Part shown: in pieces, positions 50,951-61,526 of the stretch
Position numbering within the stretch: position 1 is the stretch's first letter
Layout of the letters: each line of letters begins with the position of its first letter
From: Candidatus Heimdallarchaeota archaeon
GTDB lineage: Archaea; Asgardarchaeota; Heimdallarchaeia; JABLTI01
Direction of reading: 5' to 3'
DNA length: 64,000 nt
Assembly: GCA_018238155.1 (NCBI GenBank)
Contig: JABCTZ010000011.1
Coordinates: forward strand, 64,001-128,000
Notes under the pieces: model-generated
Databases searched by the model: none
What the model was told of the DNA's origin: nothing
Seen by the model: the letters and a program-made list of their open reading frames with translations, nothing else
Position numbers and translations under genes: made by a program

Positions 50951-51634
50951 TTATACATATTTGAAAGTGCCAGGAAGAGGTTCGAAAATATCTCCTTCAC
51001 TTTGCAAGGAACGTAATTCAGGTTCGAGTTCTTTTGTACTTAACCCTAATTCTTTTTTAATACTATCAAAAGTGCATCCATCTTCAAGGTTCTCTTTCTT
51101 CTTCAATAATGTAAGAATATGATCTTTGATTTCATCGCTCTCTGAAAGTTTTGCTTGCTTTTTCATTGCTGTTTCAATACTTTCTGTAGCTTCAGCTGTC
51201 AACCCTTTTTTGCGATAGTATCTTGAAATTTCAAGATCTCTTAGAACTTTTAAAGCTTCATCTTGAACAAGGGCACAAAGTTCACAACTTATGTAGACTT
51301 TACCATCAGATGCTTCTCGGATCAATCCAACAATATCTACTGTAGAACCTTCAACTAACCCTTTCATTTCTAAATATACTTGACCTGCCCATTCATTGCC
51401 CCCACCTTTAACTTTCACAGTTCCAGTTTCATCTTCAACATCAATCAGTATACTTTCATCACTCTCAATATCAACTTTTGAGGTGATTTTACCCATGATT
51501 CTTGCTCTTCGAACAATATCATTTGTTTTAACGTGTAAAGCTTTGGAACCATCTTGTTCTGTTGTAAATTCACCTTCAACAATATCTTTAATTTTCATTT
51601 TTAGTGCTACTGCGCGTCGCCTACCTGACATCAA
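50951..51634 (-). CDS. RPA2/RPA32-like OB-fold + wHTH protein
   Basis: RRRAVALK..I.DI..G, RARIMG, DETG; C-term L.SEGDIFEP.PG. Confidence 0.8.
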   Translation of the reverse strand: MMSGRRRAVALKMKIKDIVEGEFTTEQDGSKALHVKTNDIVRRARIMGKITSKVDIESDESILIDVEDETGTVKVKGGGNEWAGQVYLEMKGLVEGSTVDIVGLIREASDGKVYISCELCALVQDEALKVLRDLEISRYYRKKGLTAEATESIETAMKKQAKLSESDEIKDHILTLLKKKENLEDGCTFDSIKKELGLSTKELEPELRSLQSEGDIFEPLPGTFKYV

Positions 51635-51757
51635 AAATCCTCAAATTAGTTTTACTTTATTATAAATAATTCACTCGTTAATAAAAAATTCCCAAACTCG
51701 AACTAAAAAGATACCGAAAGAAAAAGGAGAGAAATCTCTCCAAGGAATAAATAGCGC

Positions 51758-52534
51758 CTATTTTATCATCGGTTTGAAAGGTTCTACAGTCTTTAATTTC
51801 TGACAAAAATCAAATGCTTTCTTTACTACTTCTTTATCACCAATGAGAAGCAAAGTAACAGCTCCTTCTGCGCCACCAACTCCACCACTTGCAATATGAA
51901 GAACCTCATCTAATTCAAAGAGCGTTTCTAAAGCTTCAATTTCTGTGAATGTTTCACCAAATATCGGGAAGAGACCAGATTTATATCCATCCACAAAATC
52001 AATTTCCTCAATGCCCATATCCTGGGATGTATAGAGAACGGAATGAGTAACTAGTTTCTCTAAACCAATTGGAATTAAGAGCTCAAAACCTTTAGCTTTC
52101 AAAGAACCCCAGAAAGCACCAACAGTACCTCCTTGAGGATGAGCAATAAGCACACCCGCAACACCATCAGGATCAAGAGCATTAGCTCCTTTAACGATAA
52201 TATCACCTTTGGTCATTTCTTCTAATGCTTGTTGTATAGGCATCTCTTTTGATTTACCATTAACGAAAAGAATTTCTGGCAAACGCTTGTCACTTGGACA
52301 AGCAGTTAACCGCTCACCTTCGGGGATGATTTGTCCTGCGACATAACACTTTTTATCAAAAGAAGAGATGGCTAGCATTTCTTGTAAAACATAAGCGTTT
52401 GTTGTTCCTCTTGTAATAAAGATTCTCCCTTTTTTCATTTTCTCTTTGATATAATCATTGCTTGTAATTCCAACAGCAATCAATTTTTTAGATTCACTGG
52501 GTAATAAAGTAATTAATGCTTTAGCAGTAGTCAT
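51758..52534 (-). CDS. Conserved hypothetical protein
   Basis: PSESKKLIA, GTTNAY, KGANALD, GGT.G, GLEK, GGVGGAEG. Confidence 0.7.
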   Translation of the reverse strand: MTTAKALITLLPSESKKLIAVGITSNDYIKEKMKKGRIFITRGTTNAYVLQEMLAISSFDKKCYVAGQIIPEGERLTACPSDKRLPEILFVNGKSKEMPIQQALEEMTKGDIIVKGANALDPDGVAGVLIAHPQGGTVGAFWGSLKAKGFELLIPIGLEKLVTHSVLYTSQDMGIEEIDFVDGYKSGLFPIFGETFTEIEALETLFELDEVLHIASGGVGGAEGAVTLLLIGDKEVVKKAFDFCQKLKTVEPFKPMIK

Positions 52535-52641
52535 TTCAATAACATCCTTAAAGTTAGGTTTTTCCTATCTTATTTCTTAGATACTAATAAGACACTTTTT
52601 AATTTATTTGATTATTTAATTAAAGTAGAATTAAAATCTAG

Positions 52642-53097
52642 GTGAAAATTATGAGTGAAACTGAACATAAATACCATGTAATAATGGATATGATTGCTGA
52701 TAGAGAAGGAAATTTTATTCTTGATGATAAGGATAAACCAGTTATCCGAGTAGTAACCCCTCCAGAATTTAAAGGAGGAAAACCAGGAAAACACTCTCCT
52801 GAGGATCTCTTTGTTGGTGCAGTAGCTGCTTGTAAAATGACCACCTTTTGCGCGATGGCTGAAAAATTGGATATCGGTTTACAATCATTAAAAGTAGATG
52901 CAACAGGATATCTTGGACAAGCTGAAACAAGAGGAATGGCTTTTACTAAAATTGAAACTCATTTAATAATTGCTATTGATGATGAAGAAAATAGAAAGTC
53001 GGCTGAGAAATGTGTTGATTTGACCAAAAAATACTGTCTTATTACTAATTCAATAAAATCAGAAACCACACTTACATTTGATATATCAGTAGTTTAA
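52642..53097 (+). CDS. OsmC/Ohr family protein
   Basis: PPEFKG, SPEDLF..AAC, KKYCLITNS. Confidence 0.9.
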   Translation: MKIMSETEHKYHVIMDMIADREGNFILDDKDKPVIRVVTPPEFKGGKPGKHSPEDLFVGAVAACKMTTFCAMAEKLDIGLQSLKVDATGYLGQAETRGMAFTKIETHLIIAIDDEENRKSAEKCVDLTKKYCLITNSIKSETTLTFDISVV

Positions 53098-53136
53098 AGG
53101 AAAAAAGAGAAAATCTAGAATGTAAAGATACGTGAT

Positions 53137-53718
53137 CTAAACATTCTTTCTTTTTTTAGTTATTAAGGTTCTAGCAAAAAGAATCACTGAAAAAGTGATT
53201 ACCAATTCTCCAAGACCAAATGAAAGAGGTGCGGATTTTGTAGAAGTATTTGTAGTACCTTTTGTCATATTAATTGAGAAATAGAATGTATCTGCAATGG
53301 GTTCAAAGATATTATCGTATCCAAGATAATCAATTGAGTCAGGTGCAATTAGAGCACTACCATTTGTTAAAGAAATTAATAATTCGTACCCTATCAAACC
53401 AGTTTCTTCGACAACAGTAAAATTACCATTCCAAACATTCTCAGTTTCTGTAGTCATAGCAATTTTTGGGAAATGACAAATGAAATCAGGTACCAAAGCA
53501 CAATATTGTATTTGTATTCCAGAAACATTCGTATCGTCATTAAAAGTAATTTCAACAGTAACTTTGATATCCTTTGAAATATCAGTTGGACTATGAGATA
53601 CTGATACTACTGCTATTTCAGCTGAAGCAACCTTCAAGGATGAACTAGTAAGGAATAATGTTGCAATGATCGCTATTGCGAAAATTGCTATCCATTTTGT
53701 ATGTTGTTGTTTTTTCAT
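53137..53718 (-). CDS. Secreted Ig-like protein with C-terminal anchor
   Basis: Signal peptide, HSP, two Cys (CALVPDFIC), TM + KKRK. Confidence 0.65.
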   Translation of the reverse strand: MKKQQHTKWIAIFAIAIIATLFLTSSSLKVASAEIAVVSVSHSPTDISKDIKVTVEITFNDDTNVSGIQIQYCALVPDFICHFPKIAMTTETENVWNGNFTVVEETGLIGYELLISLTNGSALIAPDSIDYLGYDNIFEPIADTFYFSINMTKGTTNTSTKSAPLSFGLGELVITFSVILFARTLITKKRKNV

Positions 53719-53756
53719 CTATTTTTACCTCACTTTCTTATTTTGTTATGCTATAT

Positions 53757-55211
53757 CTAACTTACACGGAAGTGGTTCCAGAAGAAATATCCAATGAGGA
53801 ATCCACCTGCAAGAATAAGGAGAGCTCCACTCAATATTTTTACAAACTTTGTCGAAGCTTGTAATCTATTAATTAATGTTTCTTTTGAAAGACCAACTAG
53901 TATAGTAATAATTATCATTGGTAATCCCATTGCTAATGAATAAATCGCAAAGATGAGTATTGCTTTAGCAAAAGCACCGGATTCTATCGCACTGAATGAC
54001 ATCGCAAGCAAAATCGGTAAATTACAACCAATTGATGCAAGTGCATACGTAACTCCATAGAAGAATAATTGGACAAATTGTGGCGTTTCAGAAGATGTTT
54101 TATTTTGAAATTCATTAGTAATTCCATCTTCTCCTTCTGCCATATCATTAGCTTGTAATTCTAGTTTCTCGACTTCTTTCCTTCTCTTTCTTCGAGTTGC
54201 AAGATTATTAATGGCATTAATTGCTTTACTCATATCAAGTGAAACTGGTGTTAAAGAAATAATTCCTAAAATAACAAGTAAAATTCCTATTGCAAGGGAA
54301 ATGTATTCAGTAGCATTAGCAAGACGATCTAACCCTTCTCCTACACCTTCACTTACGGAAGCAACAATGATACCAATTATCATATAGAATAATACAATAC
54401 CTAAAGCAGCAGCTGTCCCCCAGCTAAGTGATTTCCAGATGCGTCTTTTTATTGCAGCTTTCTTTTCTTCTTTATCCTTCTTTCCATTTTTCTCTTCTTG
54501 CTCATGTTGTTCGTCCCTCATTAACAAATCTAAATTATACGCCATATATCCTGGCAATAATGGAAATGCACATGGAGAGAAGAAAGACAATACTCCCGCA
54601 AAAACTGCAGTTAGCATAGAAAATTCGATACCTGAAGAGATTGGATCTGCAGTACCAGCAATTGTTTCGCTGATCTTTTCAGTTAAACCACTACCAGCAG
54701 TAAAACCTGTTTCAGCAAGGGTAATATATCCATTAGCATCAATTACTACTGTTTTTGGAATATCCAATACAGAATACTTTTCAAAAAGATTGTCTGAATC
54801 TAATGCAAAATCCCAAGTAGCATTGAAGTTATTTTTAAAAGTAAGCAATTGTGATTCAGTATCAGTTGGATCAACATCAATTGACAGTATTACTAAATCA
54901 TCAGTAAATTCTTCTGAAATTGATACTAATTCAGGCATAAGTTGCTTACAAGGAGCACATGTTACGCTCATAAAATCTAAAAGAACAACCTTTCCTCTAT
55001 AATCTGATAAGGTGAAATTCGCTCCTGCAAGGGTAGTTACTGAGAAATCTTGTGCGGGTTCTGAATTTCCAGTATTTGTAATGAAATAGAATCCTCCGTA
55101 CCCAAGTCCACCAAGTACAACAATTATAGCAAGTGATATACCGATAATTTTCAACCATTTTCTGTTTTTTGATGGGGCAATATTTTCATCACTCATTTGA
55201 AACACGCTCAT
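53757..55211 (-). CDS. TlpA-like redoxin fused to CcdA/DsbD-type TM domain
   Basis: CAPC; FFSPCAFPLLPGY; SIGCNLP. Confidence 0.88.
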   Translation of the reverse strand: MSVFQMSDENIAPSKNRKWLKIIGISLAIIVVLGGLGYGGFYFITNTGNSEPAQDFSVTTLAGANFTLSDYRGKVVLLDFMSVTCAPCKQLMPELVSISEEFTDDLVILSIDVDPTDTESQLLTFKNNFNATWDFALDSDNLFEKYSVLDIPKTVVIDANGYITLAETGFTAGSGLTEKISETIAGTADPISSGIEFSMLTAVFAGVLSFFSPCAFPLLPGYMAYNLDLLMRDEQHEQEEKNGKKDKEEKKAAIKRRIWKSLSWGTAAALGIVLFYMIIGIIVASVSEGVGEGLDRLANATEYISLAIGILLVILGIISLTPVSLDMSKAINAINNLATRRKRRKEVEKLELQANDMAEGEDGITNEFQNKTSSETPQFVQLFFYGVTYALASIGCNLPILLAMSFSAIESGAFAKAILIFAIYSLAMGLPMIIITILVGLSKETLINRLQASTKFVKILSGALLILAGGFLIGYFFWNHFRVS

Positions 55212-55300
55212 TATTTTGTTTTACAATAAAAGCTTAGTGAGATGATTGAGAAAAAAATAAGCAACTGTCCGTGATTAGAGGACAGTATCTTTAAATTCTT

Positions 55301-56590
55301 TTATTTTTTCTTGGCAAGCCTTTGAAGAGGCACAGCTATAATTCCACTAAGAACAAATAATGCTATAATGGTAGGGAGAGCAAAACCTGCAGCACCACTT
55401 GTAACAGTGTAATTGAACTCAACAGTAATGTTTTTACCTGAGACATCATTAGCATTAACTTTGATGACTAATTCCTCAGCTGGACCAACTTTTAAACTAT
55501 ATAACTTAGCATTATAAGTGTCCCCAACATTGGTCATCACTTGACTCGCGTTTAACTTACCGTTTGTCCAAATTTCTAATGTTGCACCAAGAACCATAGT
55601 ATCGTCCGTAATGGTCACATTGATATCGAAAGTCTGTCCATAATCTCCATCTATTTCAACAACAGAATCTAAAGTAATTACTGGTGGCGTAGTATCTGGT
55701 AATTTAGCAACGTCAACCGTCAATGTATCTGTTGTCTGATTACCTCTGAAATCTTGAACCACTATCTCTATTGTTGCTGAGGTGATGCTATTTTGTGTTT
55801 CATTCCAAATAACAATAGGATCAAGCACAAATTCACATTCGTTCTTGCCTGAATCTGGTGACCAGAATTTTCGTCCTTCAGTATAACTTCCCAATGTTAA
55901 TTCATATTCAACGAAACGTAGTGCATCATCGGTGATATCTACAGAAGCAGTGAAAGTGCTGTCTAAAATTGATATAGGTTCTACATCTGATTCAAAATTT
56001 GACAGAATAGGAGCTGTCTTATCATCCATTGCTAAAAGCTCATCAATAATCCCCTTAAGTGCTTCTTCTCCACCAAATCCTTCCTCAACGTAGTAAACAT
56101 ATTGGTACTGATTAAATATCATTAATGTAGGAATAGCAGATATCTCATAGTAGTTACTAATTGAAGCTGTATCTCTAAAGATAAACCAGTTCATGTTATA
56201 TGTTCCAGCAAACGTTTCAATCGCTGCCTCTTGTTCACTGATGTCAGTATCAACACTCATCATTACAAAATCTGGTTCAGCTGCATAATAATCATTGATA
56301 TTTCTTAGATATGGCATAGCAGCTTTGCAAGGACCACACCACATAGCAAAAAAGTCTATCAAAACAACTTTTCCTGCGAAACTGGAAAAGGTTTTGCTTG
56401 TATCGCTCATAATTTCTTCCATTGTCCAATCAATGGCTTCTTCTCCAGCATTAACCAAATTTGGTGTTAAGTCATTTCCTGTTTCAGGATTAGTACTAAC
56501 ACTGTGGATATTTGTTATTTTAAATAAAACTGAAGAAAGCACCAATAGAGTGAGTAAAATAAAGCTTACTTTTTTCATTCTCATAATCAA
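55301..56590 (-). CDS. Secreted, membrane-anchored TlpA-like thioredoxin with Ig-like domains
   Basis: DFFAMWCGPC, IPT; DTTPP repeats; C-terminal TM. Confidence 0.8.
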   Translation of the reverse strand: MIMRMKKVSFILLTLLVLSSVLFKITNIHSVSTNPETGNDLTPNLVNAGEEAIDWTMEEIMSDTSKTFSSFAGKVVLIDFFAMWCGPCKAAMPYLRNINDYYAAEPDFVMMSVDTDISEQEAAIETFAGTYNMNWFIFRDTASISNYYEISAIPTLMIFNQYQYVYYVEEGFGGEEALKGIIDELLAMDDKTAPILSNFESDVEPISILDSTFTASVDITDDALRFVEYELTLGSYTEGRKFWSPDSGKNECEFVLDPIVIWNETQNSITSATIEIVVQDFRGNQTTDTLTVDVAKLPDTTPPVITLDSVVEIDGDYGQTFDINVTITDDTMVLGATLEIWTNGKLNASQVMTNVGDTYNAKLYSLKVGPAEELVIKVNANDVSGKNITVEFNYTVTSGAAGFALPTIIALFVLSGIIAVPLQRLAKKK

Positions 56591-56680
56591 TCACATACTC
56601 TCTCAACATCAAGAGATTTTATAGCTTTCTATTTTTAACAGTAAAGCTCAATTAAACTGTCTGATTTAGTTCTTAATAAT

Positions 56681-58042
56681 CTAATCATTTGTTTCAATAT
56701 CACCAGCTTCTCCCTTAGCAATAGTCTTTTCTTCTACATCTTGTTTTGAATTAAAAGCTAAGACAAAAGGGATGAGTGTCACTATCAATCCAATACTTGC
56801 CAATGAAATGCCAGTATAGAATTCTGCTGTTCTTCTGATGGTTAGCGTTGAAATCATTTGAGTTTGTACTTGAAAGTCAATAGAACTATTCCAATCTACA
56901 AGAATGAAGACTGAATAGAGTGTAGCTTTTTGAGATAAAACGAAGGAGATTTCTTGAGTGCTATTTGCTACAACATTATGATGTTTAAGAGAAGAAGCTA
57001 AAAAATGATTGACCGTCGTTTGATAGTTAGTAATTAACCAACTATATGATAGCGAAAGAGATTCATTGTTATATTGATTAAAAATAACCTCTAAACTACC
57101 TGCTAAGGTAGAAAATTGCTCACCAGTAGCGATAGCTGCACCAATTGTACAGTAGGAATTATTTTCCGCAAAATCAGCAGCAAGATTTAAAGAATCTCTC
57201 TTATCTAGCTCGAAACTTTGTACAAGACCATAATTTGTTTGTTCTTCAGAGAAAAAGAGTGTTGAAGTAAATTCCCTGTCTTCAACTCGCTCGAGACGAA
57301 GAGCAGGACCTAGTATGATGCCAAATGATAGCAATATTAATCCGAATGCTAATAATGGATTTCTAAATTTCTTAATGCTAGTATAGAGTTTCATTGGTTT
57401 TTGATATTTTTTAGTCCAATCAATAATTGCCATCATTGGGAAGAAAATAAACCAAGCAACGAAAATCAGTGCATGTAAGGGAAAATCAGTAATGTAGATA
57501 TAGATGAATTCTGCACCAAAATACTGAATTCTATCTTCAGGTGAAAGATTTAGAAAATAAGTACTAATTCCCTCTTTCAAAGAAATGCTTGTCCACTCGA
57601 AATTGAATCCTTTGAAAAGCAAAGGAAAATCAAGGTCCCAAATCATATAAGCGTTAAGATTATACAATCGATTATCAAAAGGATAGAATAATAGAACGGG
57701 TCCAGTTGTTAAATCTAGAATGCAATGTAGGAGTATGAATACACCAATAATAATAAGACTTCTAGCAAATAAATCAGCTTTTTCTCCTAACGTCTTCTTT
57801 TGAATATATTTTGTAACAATAAGCCAGATAATTGTACCAAGGATTAAACCAATAGGCCAAACAATCGAATGAAGGTACGTTCTGTGTAAAAAAATGAAAA
57901 TATCAATATCCGGGAAAAGAGCAAAGAGTGATAAAAGAGCAAAGAGCCCTCTTTTATCACTGAAAATCTCACGATTCTTCTTTCCTATACCGACCCAAAC
58001 GAGAAAAGCTTCTAATGCAACATGAGTTGGACCCCAAGTCAA
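56681..58042 (-). CDS. YdjM-like membrane metal-dependent hydrolase with C-terminal extension
   Basis: TH, PDID, HRTYLHS, H.ILD, YPF. Confidence 0.75.
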   Translation of the reverse strand: MTWGPTHVALEAFLVWVGIGKKNREIFSDKRGLFALLSLFALFPDIDIFIFLHRTYLHSIVWPIGLILGTIIWLIVTKYIQKKTLGEKADLFARSLIIIGVFILLHCILDLTTGPVLLFYPFDNRLYNLNAYMIWDLDFPLLFKGFNFEWTSISLKEGISTYFLNLSPEDRIQYFGAEFIYIYITDFPLHALIFVAWFIFFPMMAIIDWTKKYQKPMKLYTSIKKFRNPLLAFGLILLSFGIILGPALRLERVEDREFTSTLFFSEEQTNYGLVQSFELDKRDSLNLAADFAENNSYCTIGAAIATGEQFSTLAGSLEVIFNQYNNESLSLSYSWLITNYQTTVNHFLASSLKHHNVVANSTQEISFVLSQKATLYSVFILVDWNSSIDFQVQTQMISTLTIRRTAEFYTGISLASIGLIVTLIPFVLAFNSKQDVEEKTIAKGEAGDIETND

Positions 58043-58190
58043 AGTGTATCAATCCTACAAATAATCTACTATAAGAATAAGTATTACTTATCTTTCAATT
58101 ATTCGACGAGTTCTTTTCAAACTTGATAGAAAAAATATATATGGCTCCCATGAACGAGGAATAATTAATTAAAAGGATAGATGAAATCTC

Positions 58191-58916
58191 ATGTTCGATG
58201 CGGTATTATTTGATGCAGATAGAACCATTTTCAATAATGATGGATTACATGAACTTGTAACGTTAAAAATAATTGAGAAAGTAGGATTAGATGAAGCCTT
58301 GGCTGACCATGTACACAAAGCATGGGATAAAAAATATTTCGAAGAACAAACGAGATTGATGGAAAATGAAGGGTTCTGTGTAGATAGAGAAACATCTGCA
58401 AAATCACTTGTAATCGCTCTAAAGGAATTTGGAAAAGAAATTTCCTATGAAGACGCATATAAGATGTACCAAATAATGGTTGATGAATTCACAGAAAGAT
58501 CAAAACCATATCCTGACATGTTAACGTTAATGGATTTCTTGATAGAAAAAGGAATAAAAATGGCTATAGTATCAAATGGAGATAATGAAGTAATTATGAA
58601 CCGCTTGAAAAAAGCCAATATAGAAAATCATTTCGAGTTTGTAATTGCTCCATGCGAACAATATCCACTCACAAAACCAGATGTTAAAATCTTTGAGGAG
58701 TCATTAGCAAAGATCAGAACTACTGCCAAAAGAACCATTTTTGTAGGAGATAATCCTTACGCAGATGTCAAAGGAGCAAATAACGCAGGGATGTTCTCAG
58801 TGCTTATTGATAGATGGGAAGCATATAATCAACTTGAAGGATTAGAAGTTCCTGATTTACAAATAACCAATTTTGATGAATTGAAAGCGTATATCTGTGA
58901 AAGAATAACCAGTTAA
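58191..58916 (+). CDS. HAD-family hydrolase
   Basis: FDADRT, SNG, KP, VGD..ADV.GA. Confidence 0.9.
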   Translation: MFDAVLFDADRTIFNNDGLHELVTLKIIEKVGLDEALADHVHKAWDKKYFEEQTRLMENEGFCVDRETSAKSLVIALKEFGKEISYEDAYKMYQIMVDEFTERSKPYPDMLTLMDFLIEKGIKMAIVSNGDNEVIMNRLKKANIENHFEFVIAPCEQYPLTKPDVKIFEESLAKIRTTAKRTIFVGDNPYADVKGANNAGMFSVLIDRWEAYNQLEGLEVPDLQITNFDELKAYICERITS

Positions 58917-58944
58917 ATTATTAATTACAAAAAGCAAATATTAA

Positions 58945-59805
58945 TTGGAGCTGTTTTCGATAAAAATAACAATCTTCTATTTTAGTGGCACAGGTAATAC
59001 TTGGTGGGCAACAGAACAATTACAACAAATGCTTAAAGAAAAAAAATTTGAGGTAGAATATTTCTCAGCAGAATCGAAAGTTGTTCAAGATGGAAATAAA
59101 GTAAATGAACTAATCAACCAATCCGATTTAGTTGGTTTTGGTTATCCAATATATGGATCGGATATTCCATTAGTTTTTATGGATTTCATTAAGAATCTTG
59201 CACCATTAAAAAACAAGAATGCTTTTGTGTATACTACAATGATGCTTTTTAGTGGAGACGGCGCATTAGTAGCGAGAAGACAACTAAGAAAGAAAGGATT
59301 CAAAGTAAAACAAGCAACCAATATACGAATGCCAAATAATATTAGACTGCCATATCCAATCTTCAAACATTTTCCAATAAATAATGGCGCAGAAAATGAT
59401 TGGGTAAAGAAGAAAAAAGCATTGCCAAAAATCGCTAAATTAGTAGACCGCATAGTAAATAATAAGCGATGGATACAAGGGTGGGATCCGGCAAATGTTG
59501 CATTAGGGTTAATGCAAAGGATGGAAATGAGATTTGGTAAAGTGTATAAATATGCTCGAAATTATTCCGTAGATGAAGAAACATGCACACAATGTATGCA
59601 ATGTGTTGACAACTGCCCAACAGAGAATATTACTTTTGAAGATGAAATTTTCTCCTGGGGAAAAAATTGCCTATTCTGTTTAAGATGTTATCACTTCTGC
59701 CCAGAAGATGCAGTACTATTCAAAAAACCAACTCTAGATAGAAAACAATATCCAAGGTACAAAGGACCAGGAGATGGCTTTACTCTAGATAAATTAAAGA
59801 AATAA
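58945..59805 (+). CDS. EFR1-family flavodoxin/ferredoxin fusion
   Basis: YFSGTGNT, MPNN, CTQCMQCVDNCP, CLFCLRCYHFCP. Confidence 0.9.
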   Translation: MELFSIKITIFYFSGTGNTWWATEQLQQMLKEKKFEVEYFSAESKVVQDGNKVNELINQSDLVGFGYPIYGSDIPLVFMDFIKNLAPLKNKNAFVYTTMMLFSGDGALVARRQLRKKGFKVKQATNIRMPNNIRLPYPIFKHFPINNGAENDWVKKKKALPKIAKLVDRIVNNKRWIQGWDPANVALGLMQRMEMRFGKVYKYARNYSVDEETCTQCMQCVDNCPTENITFEDEIFSWGKNCLFCLRCYHFCPEDAVLFKKPTLDRKQYPRYKGPGDGFTLDKLKK

Positions 59806-59851
59806 GCTGAACATTCGATATTCAAATTATTTCAGCTTTGTTTGTCTCTGC

Positions 59852-60391
59852 TTAATAGGAGAAATGAGGATTATCTTTATCCTCAAGTCTCATCTGATAG
59901 ACTTTACTATTTTTCAAATCAATATTTTGTAAATGAAAACGTTTGTGAACGGACTCAAATTTAATAATTCTCAATGGCACCACTTTGACCAAAACCATCT
60001 CCTTGACACACGAAAAAGAATCATACCATTTGGGCGAAAATTTAGCTCGAAATAAATCACCAATAACATTGAATTTTTTGTCACCCGCCCAACCAAGCAC
60101 CTCAGCTTCACCCTCAATTTGAAGCTTACGCAAATTAAAAGCTACATTCTTATTCCCTCTCAATTGAATGATTTTCTTGTTGTGCTCCCAAGAAAAGAAA
60201 TAGATTGTGAAATCTTCATTGACAAAGGAAACAATTCTGGCAGAAACTCTATTGTCAAGGGAAGTAGCAAGAACCATATCTTTATTGTCTGCAAACAAAG
60301 TTAGAATTTCACTTCTAACATTGTTAAAATCAGGTTCTTCTCTCATTTTTACTATTGTTTCATAACTGTCAAGATCCTCAAAGTTCAACAT
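59852..60391 (-). CDS. Pyridoxamine 5'-phosphate oxidase-like FMN-binding protein
   Basis: MVLATS..VSARIV, K..QL..NKNVA, QIEG.A. Confidence 0.8.
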   Translation of the reverse strand: MLNFEDLDSYETIVKMREEPDFNNVRSEILTLFADNKDMVLATSLDNRVSARIVSFVNEDFTIYFFSWEHNKKIIQLRGNKNVAFNLRKLQIEGEAEVLGWAGDKKFNVIGDLFRAKFSPKWYDSFSCVKEMVLVKVVPLRIIKFESVHKRFHLQNIDLKNSKVYQMRLEDKDNPHFSY

Positions 60392-60539
60392 TTAATTCTC
60401 CAAAAACTACCTTACCAAAGGTAATTGTACTAAATAAATAGAATATCAAATTATAAAATTATTGTGTAGAGAAAAATCTTACTCACAGAGAGAGACTCTT
60501 GAAATTATCAATACAAAAAAAGTAAATGGTTGATTATTC

Positions 60540-61345
60540 GCATCCATCCCACCAGATCAATAATGAGAACGAAAGGGCTGCTCTTGGAAAAGCAGCGGTT
60601 CTCGTAAAGCATGATATTTCTTTCCACCAATAGGTTGACTGGTAAGAAAAGAGAAGAAACGGACAACCCAGAGATTGGTAATAATAAGTGTGGGACTATT
60701 TTCGGTTTGCAGCTGAATTCTGCCGATTTGATCAAACAATCGCTGAAACTGTTCCTTTAGTTGACGAATATTCTCTATGGAATAATCAACAATGAGGAGA
60801 ACATATTTCTTAAGACTACCATCACCATTGACCATGCCGGAGAGATAAGCGATTTCATCTGTTAAGTGTAAAGGCAGAGTAAACGCTTCACCTCGAGCAG
60901 ATTCAAAAGAACGATTGTGAAAATCAATTTTTAATTCCTCAGGGAAACAGCGGAGAAAAGGAAGCGGAACAAACCCTCGTTCAAGGTCTTTCTGCAAAAT
61001 ATCTCGCCACTCTAAAATTCGTCTATTGTCCGATTTATAGAAATAATCACGTAATTTCTCAGCAATGAGTAACTCTTGGCTAGTAATGATCTCTTTTTCT
61101 TCTTCAGTCAATTGCACATAGGGAAAGCGTGCAAGGATACGATCTGCTGATTTTTCACGAATAAAATCACTACGACGAACCATCAACGGATACAAGTTGA
61201 GGGTTTTTTTATCTTCCAGAAAAATATCGTTTATCCTGTTGTTTGTTACTAGTTCATTTGCATTAAGCCATTCGCTAACAGGTCTAGCTTCTGAATCAAA
61301 ATAAATTGGATCCTCTTGCCAATTAAGGTGTAATTCAGCAGTCAT
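60540..61345 (-). pseudogene. Truncated LAGLIDADG-family paralog of 16556-18190
   Basis: FESARGEAFTLP, IAYLSGMVNGDG, QPIGGKKYHALREPL; TGA at 60557-60559 then SGGMDA, after which homology is lost. Confidence 0.8.
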
Positions 61346-61526
61346 TGTTCTTGCAAACCATTTGTTCTATACTTCTGTAACAATTCTAGTTCTTAAATAC
61401 CTCTTTGAAAAGATGTACGGTATTCTATTTTAATAACCATTTAATTAAGTTAATAATTATTAGTTTCGGTAATCTCTTTAAATAATAGCTATATATCGAG
61501 CTATCTATAATACTATATGTTGCAAA

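Noticed and set aside
9878-60559. TGA-to-Trp recoding, suggested by TGA at expected Trp positions in the MmeI gene (9878) and the LAGLIDADG paralog (60557)
   Set aside because: Housekeeping genes here (PflX-like, mch) end normally in TGA and use TGG for Trp; TGG-to-TGA nonsense mutations in decaying cargo are simpler
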